A stretch of DNA of 64,000 bases, taken from an uncultured Verrucomicrobiae bacterium. GTDB taxonomy: Bacteria > Verrucomicrobiota > Verrucomicrobiia > Chthoniobacterales > UBA10450. The notes beneath the pieces are model-generated. The model was not told where the DNA came from and did not search any database. It saw only the letters and a list, made by a program, of their open reading frames with translations. The first letter of the stretch is position 1. Every line of letters begins with the position of its first letter. The position numbers and the translations under genes are program-made. Of the stretch, positions 10,182 through 17,891 are shown in pieces. Location of the stretch: NCBI GenBank assembly GCA_963772365.1, contig CAVYXA010000001.1, forward strand, positions 512,001-576,000, written 5' to 3'.

Positions 10182-11366
10182 TTAATCGAGCCAGCTCTCC
10201 GGATATTTCTCGTCGTCGAGCGCGACCGCTTGCTCCGTCAACTCAAGCGTGTGTTCGGTATCGAACATCACCGCAAGCTCTTCCGTGCGTGTGGCGTTCT
10301 TGCTCGCCATGATCGTGCCCGGATGCGGCCCGTGAGGAATGCCGCGGGGATGCAATGTGACCGACGCCGGCTCAATCCCACGGCGCGAGCCGAAATTGCC
10401 GCGCACATAAAAGAGTACTTCGTCGGCTTCCACGTTATCGTGTACCCAGGGAATTTTCACAGCGTCGGGATGCGTATCGAGCAGCCGCGGTGCGAATGTG
10501 CAGACAACGTAGCCACGAATCTCGAACGTCTGATGAATCGGTGGCGGCTGATGCACGGTGCCGGTAATCGGCTCGAAGTCTTGGGCATTGAATGTGAACG
10601 GATATAAATAGCCGTCCCAGCCGACCACATCGAACGGGTTCTGTGCCATGGTAACGCAGGTCCAGCGTGGTCCGTCCTTCACCAAAATCTCGGTGTCGCC
10701 CTCCTTGTCGATGGCGTTGATTTCCGTCGGGCCGTGGAGATCGCGCTCGGAATAGGGCGCGCCCATCTTGATCTGACCTTCGTGATTCAAATAGCGCTTC
10801 GGGATGCGAACCGGTCCGACCGATTCGAGAATCAGGTAATCTTCGTCTTCGACCTTATCCGGAACGATTTTGTAAGTGATGCCGCGGGGGATCACGATGT
10901 AATCCTCAGCCCGATAGCGTTGTTTGCCGAAAACCGATTCGAGCGTGCCGCTGCCTTTGAACACGAAGATGATCTCATCGGCGCCCCCATTACGATAATG
11001 TTCAAATTGATCGTAAGCCTTTGCCGGACGGCTGCGATACGCCACCACGTCCTGATTAAACAAGATCGGAACCCGCCCCGTGTAGAGATCACCTTTTCGC
11101 GGAATATTCGCGGTCTTGAGATGATGATGGCGCAGTGGGCTGTCGGTAACTTTCTTGAGCTCTTCGCATTTGAGCAGTTTCACATTGCGCACACGCGTAG
11201 GGGGTCGCAGATGATAACAAATCGAGAACGCTTCATCGAATCCCTGCGTCGTGAAGACGTGCTCGTAGTAAATGCCTTCGTTCTTGTAACCCGGTCCCGC
11301 GCCATTTCGATGAAACCAGATGTGGTGCTTTCTCGGTATCTCGCCGAGTCTTTGATAATACGGCAT
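10182..11366 (-). CDS. hmgA: Homogentisate 1,2-dioxygenase
   Basis: PFDVVGWDG, HQPPPIHQTF, PWVHDNVEADEVLFY, HGPHPG. Confidence 0.92.
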   Translation of the reverse strand: MPYYQRLGEIPRKHHIWFHRNGAGPGYKNEGIYYEHVFTTQGFDEAFSICYHLRPPTRVRNVKLLKCEELKKVTDSPLRHHHLKTANIPRKGDLYTGRVPILFNQDVVAYRSRPAKAYDQFEHYRNGGADEIIFVFKGSGTLESVFGKQRYRAEDYIVIPRGITYKIVPDKVEDEDYLILESVGPVRIPKRYLNHEGQIKMGAPYSERDLHGPTEINAIDKEGDTEILVKDGPRWTCVTMAQNPFDVVGWDGYLYPFTFNAQDFEPITGTVHQPPPIHQTFEIRGYVVCTFAPRLLDTHPDAVKIPWVHDNVEADEVLFYVRGNFGSRRGIEPASVTLHPRGIPHGPHPGTIMASKNATRTEELAVMFDTEHTLELTEQAVALDDEKYPESWLD

Positions 11367-11398
11367 TGTCGATCCTCCTCTTTCCTTACTCGCAATTT

Positions 11399-11497
11399 GT
11401 CATTCTGAGTGCAGCGAAGAATCTCTGATCATTCGAGTCTTCGCGTCCCTTCGCTAAAGACAATGACTGGAGATGTTTCGCGCCGCTCAACATGACA
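11399..11497. repeat. MITE/REPIN-like palindrome, GTCATTCTGAG...CTCA(G/A)(A/C)ATGAC family
   Basis: TGTCATTCTGAGTGCAGCGAAGAATCTC ... GAGATGTTTCGCGCCGCTCAACATGACA; related copies near 20673-20790, 37520-37772, 41236-41316, 42430-42503 and 63960-64000. Confidence 0.75.
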
Positions 11498-11502
11498 TAT
11501 GA

Positions 11503-12636
11503 CTACAAATTGCCCCGCGCTTCCTGTTCGCGCTCGATTGCTTCGAAGAGCGCCTTGAAATTGCCTTTGCCGAAGCTCTTCGCGCCTTTACGCTGAATAA
11601 TCTCAAAAAAGAGCGTCGGCCGGTCTTCCACGGGCTTCGAGAAGATCTGAAGCAGATACCCTTCGTCGTCGCGATCAACAAGGATGCCGAGCTCTTTCAG
11701 CGCGTTCAATTCTTCATCGATGTGGCCGACACGATCGAGCAGCGTGTCGTAATAGGTCGAAGGTACCTTCAAGAAATCGAGCCCGCGATTCTGCAAATTG
11801 GTAACAGTTTCGATGATGTTGTTCGTGCCCATGGCGATATGCTGCACGCCCTCGCCATCGTAAAATTCGAGATATTCCTCGACCTGTGATTTCTTTTTCC
11901 CTTCAGCCGGCTCATTGATGGGAAATTTCACAAATCCGTTTCCATTGCTCATGACCTTACTCATGAGCGCAGAGTATTCGGTGGAAATATCCTTATCGTC
12001 GAACGTGAGAATGTTCCGGAATCCCATCACTTCCTCGTAAAATTTTACCCACGGATTCATCTGATTCCATCCGACATTCCCGACGCAATGATCGACATGC
12101 TGTAATCCGGTCTCGGTCGCGCGAAATGTCGGCTCCCACTTCACAAAACCCGGCATAAACGGCCCGGTATAATCTTCGCGCTCAACAAAGAGATGGACGA
12201 CTTCGCCATATGTGTGAATACCGCTCAGCACGATTTTGCCGTGCTCGTCCGTGAGGGTTTTCGGTTCGAGATAACTCTTGCCGCCCCGCTTGGTTGTTTC
12301 TTTCCAAGATGACGTCGCGTCTTTCACCTTGAGTGCGATCACCTTCACGCCGTCGCCGTGTTTATAAATGTGATCGGCGATCGGATTCTTCGCCCGGACC
12401 GGAGTCGTCAGGACAAATGTGATCTTGTTCTGCCGAAGCACATAGCTGGCGCGCTCCTTAATTCCCGTTTCCGGACCACCGTAGGCTATGGGCTGAAAAC
12501 CGAGCACACTCTGATAGTAGTGCGCGGCTTGCTTGGCATTGCCGACATAAAACTCGATATGATCTGTCCCTTGAAGCGGCAAAAAATCTTCTTGTGCCGC
12601 TGGGGCTTTCTTTGGAGCAGCAATTGTTGTTGGCAT
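11503..12636 (-). CDS. hppD: 4-hydroxyphenylpyruvate dioxygenase
   Basis: DHCVGN, GEGVQHIA, YLLQIF, FFEIIQRKGAKSFGKGNFKALFEAIE. Confidence 0.97.
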   Translation of the reverse strand: MPTTIAAPKKAPAAQEDFLPLQGTDHIEFYVGNAKQAAHYYQSVLGFQPIAYGGPETGIKERASYVLRQNKITFVLTTPVRAKNPIADHIYKHGDGVKVIALKVKDATSSWKETTKRGGKSYLEPKTLTDEHGKIVLSGIHTYGEVVHLFVEREDYTGPFMPGFVKWEPTFRATETGLQHVDHCVGNVGWNQMNPWVKFYEEVMGFRNILTFDDKDISTEYSALMSKVMSNGNGFVKFPINEPAEGKKKSQVEEYLEFYDGEGVQHIAMGTNNIIETVTNLQNRGLDFLKVPSTYYDTLLDRVGHIDEELNALKELGILVDRDDEGYLLQIFSKPVEDRPTLFFEIIQRKGAKSFGKGNFKALFEAIEREQEARGNL

Positions 12637-12735
12637 ATAACCTCCTGCTTATTGGATGCGCTGCACACGCACCTCCAAATATAAGATCGACAGCCACACG
12701 TCGCAAGGTTGTCAGGCGGAGTTCGCTCAAATAGG

Positions 12736-12769
12736 AAAAAAGGCCAGGCCGGATAGCGACCTGGCCTTT
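12736..12769 (-). terminator. Rho-independent terminator of the small lipoprotein gene
   Basis: AAAGGCCAGG...CCTGGCCTTT stem with an A-run on + (U-tract on -). Confidence 0.7.
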
Positions 12770-12811
12770 GGTTAAAGGCCCTGTTTGAGGCCACAATTTC
12801 ACAAAACGACC

Positions 12812-12943
12812 TTACTTCGCGTAACCGGTCGTTGTGCCCGCAGTCGTCGTTGTCGTGGCTTCCTCGTTGTGGTGGGCGCAAGCCCCGAGACTTAAAGCCC
12901 CAGCCAAAATGGCCAGAAACGTAATCGCTTTTAAAAGTTTCAA
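12812..12943 (-). CDS. 43-aa Thr-rich small lipoprotein (not in ORF track)
   Basis: TTG start after AAGGAGGGG RBS; MKLLKAITFLAILAGALSLGACAHHNEEATTTTTAGTTTGYAK*; LGAC lipobox; downstream terminator. Confidence 0.8.
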   Translation of the reverse strand: MKLLKAITFLAILAGALSLGACAHHNEEATTTTTAGTTTGYAK

Positions 12944-13072
12944 TCTATATCCCCTCCTTTCTTTGCAAGGTGCTCCGTTTGTTTAGGCAATGAACTATAA
13001 CGAAGCAACGATTTTCTCTACCTTTTTGGATGTATAAAGGGTGTATTCCTCCCGGAAATTCCAGAATCCGAC

Positions 13073-13534
13073 CTAATGATCTATCACGACCGGCGTGTTT
13101 TCATCGACAAGATCGAACAGCTCTATCACATCCTCATTGCGCATTCGCACGCACCCATGGCTGTCAGGAGTGCCGATTTTATGCTCGTGCCTGGTCCCGT
13201 GGATGTAAATAAATCGCGCGCGCGTGTTCGCATTGTGCTCGTCCAATCCGTCGAGCCAAAGAATGCGCGATAGCACCAGATCTTCAGTGGGCGGAGCCGA
13301 ATCATCCGGCCCAAGTGCAATCCGACCTTTGAAAATCGTGCCGCTCGGCGCGTCAGCACCGATTTTTTCTACAATCCGAAACCGACCTGTCGGCGTTTTG
13401 TAGCTGCCGTTTTCGGCGCCAATGCCGAATCGCGAAGTCGAAACTTGATACGTGCGGATGATCGATTCACCCTCTTTTAGCGTAAGCCGCTGATCGCGAA
13501 TCGAAATGTGAATGCTTCTCGATGTTTGCATCAA
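13073..13534 (-). CDS. L,D-transpeptidase (YkuD family)
   Basis: TPTGRF, IYIHGT...SHGCVRM. Confidence 0.9.
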   Translation of the reverse strand: MMQTSRSIHISIRDQRLTLKEGESIIRTYQVSTSRFGIGAENGSYKTPTGRFRIVEKIGADAPSGTIFKGRIALGPDDSAPPTEDLVLSRILWLDGLDEHNANTRARFIYIHGTRHEHKIGTPDSHGCVRMRNEDVIELFDLVDENTPVVIDH

Positions 13535-13563
13535 ATTGGGCCGGCGATAGACTCCGGCTGCCG

Positions 13564-14559
13564 ATGAAAGGCTATCACATCGCCATCGCAGGCGCGACCG
13601 GGGCCGTCGGTCAGGAGCTTCTCCGCGTTCTGGCGAGGCGAGCTTTCCCGGTGCGCAGTATCCGAGCCATTGGTTCCGCGCGATCGGCGGGAAAATCGGT
13701 TTGTTTTCGTGATGAATCCATTCCGGTCGAGGAACTGGGTAAATCTTCCTTCGATAAGATCGACATCGCGTTCTTTAGCGCAGGCGGTGAGATTTCCCGA
13801 AAGTTTGTTCCGATTGCCTGCCAGGCCGAAGCGGTGGTAATCGACAACTCATCCGCATTTCGTCTGGAGCCGCATGTGCCGCTCGTAATTCCGGAAATCA
13901 ATGGCGAAGATGTGAAGTGGCACCGCGGTCTCATTGCCAATCCAAACTGCACGACTGCGGTAACGCTGATGGCGCTTTACCCATTGCATCGTGTTTTTGG
14001 TGTTCGACGAATTTTCGCTGCGAGCTATCAGGCAGTCTCTGGCAGCGGTGCTCGGGCGCTCGAGGAATTGAAACAGCAGGTCAAAGCCACCGTGGACGAA
14101 CGAGAGTCGACCACGAAAGTCTATCCGCACCAGATCGCGTTCAATCTCCTGCCCCACGTGGATTCGTTTCTGGAAAACGGTTACACGAAAGAAGAAATGA
14201 AAATGCAAAGCGAAGGTCGCAAGATCATGCATTTGCCGGAGTTTCGCGCCTCGGTCACGTGCGTTCGTGTGCCGGTTTACCGGGCCCACTCGGTGGCGGT
14301 CAGCGCCGAATTCGAGCGACCGGTATCGGTGGAACATGCTCGTGAAGTTTTGGCCAAAGCTCCCGGACTTGAACTTGTCGATGAACCGCAGTCGAATCGT
14401 TATCCAATGCCGCTCAGCGTCACGGGAAAGGACAATTGTCAGGTCGGGCGCGTGCGCTTGGATTCTGCTCTCGATAATGGCTTGGCCCTCTGGGTTTGTG
14501 GGGATCAGCTGCTCAAAGGTGCGGCCTTGAATGCGGTTCAGATCGCGGAACTCCTCTGA
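13564..14559 (+). CDS. asd: Aspartate-semialdehyde dehydrogenase
   Basis: GATGAVG, DNSSAFR, IANPNCTT, YQAVSGSG, CVRVPVYRAHS, LKGAALNAVQIAE. Confidence 0.97.
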   Translation: MKGYHIAIAGATGAVGQELLRVLARRAFPVRSIRAIGSARSAGKSVCFRDESIPVEELGKSSFDKIDIAFFSAGGEISRKFVPIACQAEAVVIDNSSAFRLEPHVPLVIPEINGEDVKWHRGLIANPNCTTAVTLMALYPLHRVFGVRRIFAASYQAVSGSGARALEELKQQVKATVDERESTTKVYPHQIAFNLLPHVDSFLENGYTKEEMKMQSEGRKIMHLPEFRASVTCVRVPVYRAHSVAVSAEFERPVSVEHAREVLAKAPGLELVDEPQSNRYPMPLSVTGKDNCQVGRVRLDSALDNGLALWVCGDQLLKGAALNAVQIAELL

Positions 14560-14654
14560 CCTCTATGGCCACGGGGCCTGTGGCCCGTCCAAGCGTACGC
14601 TGAACGACCCCGAAAAATCTCCGGGGCCGTCGGTCTTAACAGATTTCCGTCTTG

Positions 14655-16232
14655 TTATTCCGGCGAAGGCGATTCCTTCTCGCCTTTTTTCTTGTTGCCG
14701 CCTTCCGGTTTGCCGTGGCCATGTTCGGCGTCAGGTTGCCCGACAGCCTTCGGCGGGTGTTCCATGTTCTGCGGTTTTTCCTTACCCTGGTGGACGGGAT
14801 GATTCTCCGGACCTCTTCCGGCCATCGATTGCGTGTTCTCCGATTGATCTCCTTTATTTTTGAACGTTTCAGATCCGCCGGGTTTGCGGTTCTCCTGTTC
14901 GGAGGCGGCACTGAATTGATTACGCTCCGAAGATTCCTCGTGCGAAGCTTTCTGCCTCTCCTGCGAGTCCGGGTTGGCTACTGAGTCCAGCATGTTGGAT
15001 TTTTCCATCCCCTTTTCTTTGGCACTACCTTGAGCAGCTTTGCCAGTTCCAATGCCTTTACCTGTCACTTCTTCGCCCGGTTTGCCTTTATGTTTTCCAT
15101 GCTCAGCAGCCGCTGGAGAAGTCTGATCTTGTGGTCCTGCGGCTGCCGCTTGCCCGCGCTCCCCGCGTTTTCCATGTTTACCTTTTTCCTCCGGTGCGGC
15201 ACCAGCGCCACTTGCAGTGGCAGGCAAAGCTGCGGGACTTTCTATTGCGGGCGGCGAACCGCCGGCGGTCGCTTCTGCGCCTTTTTTCTCAGTGGGCGGC
15301 GGCACTTCCTTCAGATTTTGACTTTTGATCTTCTGTTTCAGTTGCTCTTGCGCATTCTCGTCGCCCGCTACCGACCAGCCGCGCTCGACTTTTACTTTCT
15401 CCTTCGCCACTTTGGTTTTCACCTTCGGTGGCGCAATTTGTTTGGCAGGTTTCTGAATCCTTTCTGGCGCAGCCACCACCAATTTGTCGCCCTGCACTTT
15501 CGTCAGTTCTCCCGATCGCGCCGCCGCGGCAACATTGACGTTGGATTCGCGCTGGATCTTCAGGCGTTGAATCGGACGCTCCGAGTGCCGAGACAACACG
15601 TCGTAATCCGGTCCGTAGTTGTAAACGATCTTGTTCTTAACGGTGATATTTGTGACGTTCACTGTCTCACTCACGTAAGTGATGTTCTGAGCGACAGGGT
15701 GGATATGACTGCGCAGAACAGGCGCTCCTATGTAACGAAGATCGACAAAGTTGTAATAGGCGGGGCCGATATCGAATTCGATATCCACATGGCCGCTGAT
15801 CGGGCGTCCTTCATATACCACCTCCGGCCCGCGCGGTGGCAATGGCGCCCAGCCGCAATAATCGTGACCAAAACGCCACGAGACCCAGGCCGGGCCCCAA
15901 ACCAAATCGGAACCCGGAAACCATACCCAGCCGTAATCTGCGAGGCGTGCCCAACGGCCGTAGTGATAAGTCGCCCAACCGAAATCCTCGTAGGACACCC
16001 ATGTCCACCCATAATCGGTGTAAGCCCAATAGCCATCAGTGTAGGGACGCCAATCGGCATTCCTCACCACGATATCTGGTTGCCATCCGTAACCATAATC
16101 ACCGACCTCGATCCAATCTCCACCCGACAGATTGTTGTAAAACAAATCGACGGAAACATCGGCTCCGTCCGCCCGCGGAATTGCTGTCATAACGAAAGAG
16201 CACAGCGCGAAGGCCAAAAGAATTCTTTTCAT
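14655..16232 (-). CDS. Exported protein with W/Y/G/P-rich (DUF6600-like) domain and low-complexity C-terminus
   Basis: Signal peptide; WRPYTDGYWAYTDYGWTWVSYEDFGWATYHYGRW, WGPAWVSW, GWAPLPP. Confidence 0.75.
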   Translation of the reverse strand: MKRILLAFALCSFVMTAIPRADGADVSVDLFYNNLSGGDWIEVGDYGYGWQPDIVVRNADWRPYTDGYWAYTDYGWTWVSYEDFGWATYHYGRWARLADYGWVWFPGSDLVWGPAWVSWRFGHDYCGWAPLPPRGPEVVYEGRPISGHVDIEFDIGPAYYNFVDLRYIGAPVLRSHIHPVAQNITYVSETVNVTNITVKNKIVYNYGPDYDVLSRHSERPIQRLKIQRESNVNVAAAARSGELTKVQGDKLVVAAPERIQKPAKQIAPPKVKTKVAKEKVKVERGWSVAGDENAQEQLKQKIKSQNLKEVPPPTEKKGAEATAGGSPPAIESPAALPATASGAGAAPEEKGKHGKRGERGQAAAAGPQDQTSPAAAEHGKHKGKPGEEVTGKGIGTGKAAQGSAKEKGMEKSNMLDSVANPDSQERQKASHEESSERNQFSAASEQENRKPGGSETFKNKGDQSENTQSMAGRGPENHPVHQGKEKPQNMEHPPKAVGQPDAEHGHGKPEGGNKKKGEKESPSPE

Positions 16233-16373
16233 AATTTCACCATTCAATTTAAGAAGTTCGACTTACCCGCCGCGCGGTTTATTCATGAGTGAACCGAACG
16301 TAAGACTTTTGACGGGCGTATTCTCGCCGAGCTTTGCGAGATAACCGGCAACACTGCGCGCTCCTGCAGCGAT

Positions 16374-17891
16374 CTAGTGCGGTTTCAGAACAACGAACGA
16401 ACGGGTCCGATGTCGACAAAGGGAAAGTACTTGTGGCTGGGCCGGATCGACCGAGCCGGCAATCTGGTTGTAATCTGCAACCGATTGGATCGGCTGTTGA
16501 TTAACTTCCTCAATGACGTCGCCCTTTTGCAATTCCGCCGCGCCGCTGTCAGGATCGACATCGGTGATGACGACGCCGTGCGCGTTGCCGGGTAAATCCA
16601 GCCGGCTCCTCAATTCTGGCGTTAAGTTGTCCACATGAATCGCTGCCAGCGGTCCGCTCGTCTCCGCTGGCCCTTCCTCTTCTTCCTGGTCGTTAGGTTG
16701 TTGAGGCTGACCTTGCTGTGGCGAACGTACCGCAGCCCGGAAATCGACCGGCTGTTCCTTGATTTGTGTATCCACTTTCATCGTCTTGCCATTTCGAACG
16801 ATTTGCAGCTCGATCTTCCTGTTTAGCTCGGCCTGGGCAACCAAGGTTCGAAGCTCGGGAAAACTTTTCACGTCATGCCCATCGAACTTCTGGATGATGT
16901 CGCCCGGTTTCAGATTCGCTTCGGCTGCCGGTGATCCGGGCAATACAGCGTTCACAACCACACCCTCATTATCAGCAGCGCCTCGCCCTGGTTGAACCGT
17001 TTGAATCCCGAGGTAACCCCGAATGATTCGCCCTTTTTTCAGCAAACTCTCGAGGGCCATGCGCACGGTATTGGATGGAATCGCAAAACCAATCCCCTGC
17101 GAGCCGCCGCTGCGCGAGATGATCGCGGTATTGATTCCGACTACTTCGCCGCGAAGATTGATCAGCGGTCCGCCACTGTTCCCAGGATTGATCGCCGCAT
17201 CGGTTTGCAACAAATCGCTGAAAATATCGGTACGGTTCGGTCGGCCTCGAGAGCTGATGATACCGTTGGTAACGGTCTCCTCGAATCCGAATGGATTGCC
17301 GATTGCCAGGACAATGTCGCCGGCTTGCACATCATCCGAATCGGCCAGCTTGAGCGGTTTCACTTCGGGATTGTCGATCTTGAGCACGGCGAGATCGAGT
17401 TCCGCATCCGCCCCTATCAGGCGTGCCTTCTTGGTGCGGCCATCGCTCAATTGCACCTCGATTTCGTCCACCTGATCCACCACGTGATTATTCGTTATGA
17501 TATGACCTTCCTTGGTTACAATCACCCCTGAGCCAAGCGAATTTTGAATTAACGCCTGCTCGCGCGGAGTTCGAAACTGGCCGCGATTGCCAAAGAAAAA
17601 TTCAAACGGATCCATCCCGTATTGTCGCCGGATTGCAATCTTCTTTGACGTCTTCACGGCGACCACCGAGGGAATCACACTTTTTACCAGGGCGCGTCTT
17701 TCCTGGTTGAGCGCTTCCAGAGAGGCAACTTGTTTGGGACTCACGTTTGGCTCGGTCGCCAGCGTATATTTTTCAGGCGTTCGATGACCTATCGGTCCGA
17801 GCTTTCCATTGTGGAGACGGTAATCGTAAAGAAGCGAGACGCCCGCGCTCACCAGCAGCACGAACAGAAGAAATTTGGCAAAGTTTTTCAT
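16374..17891 (-). CDS. DegP/HtrA (Do family) serine protease with two PDZ domains
   Basis: GSGVIV, ITNNHVV, DLAVLK, QTDAAINPGNSGGPL. Confidence 0.93.
   Translation of the reverse strand: MKNFAKFLLFVLLVSAGVSLLYDYRLHNGKLGPIGHRTPEKYTLATEPNVSPKQVASLEALNQERRALVKSVIPSVVAVKTSKKIAIRRQYGMDPFEFFFGNRGQFRTPREQALIQNSLGSGVIVTKEGHIITNNHVVDQVDEIEVQLSDGRTKKARLIGADAELDLAVLKIDNPEVKPLKLADSDDVQAGDIVLAIGNPFGFEETVTNGIISSRGRPNRTDIFSDLLQTDAAINPGNSGGPLINLRGEVVGINTAIISRSGGSQGIGFAIPSNTVRMALESLLKKGRIIRGYLGIQTVQPGRGAADNEGVVVNAVLPGSPAAEANLKPGDIIQKFDGHDVKSFPELRTLVAQAELNRKIELQIVRNGKTMKVDTQIKEQPVDFRAAVRSPQQGQPQQPNDQEEEEGPAETSGPLAAIHVDNLTPELRSRLDLPGNAHGVVITDVDPDSGAAELQKGDVIEEVNQQPIQSVADYNQIAGSVDPAQPQVLSLCRHRTRSFVVLKPH

Noticed and set aside
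15030..16292. 420-aa + strand ORF
   Set aside because: Antisense shadow of the DUF6600-like gene; no recognisable motifs.
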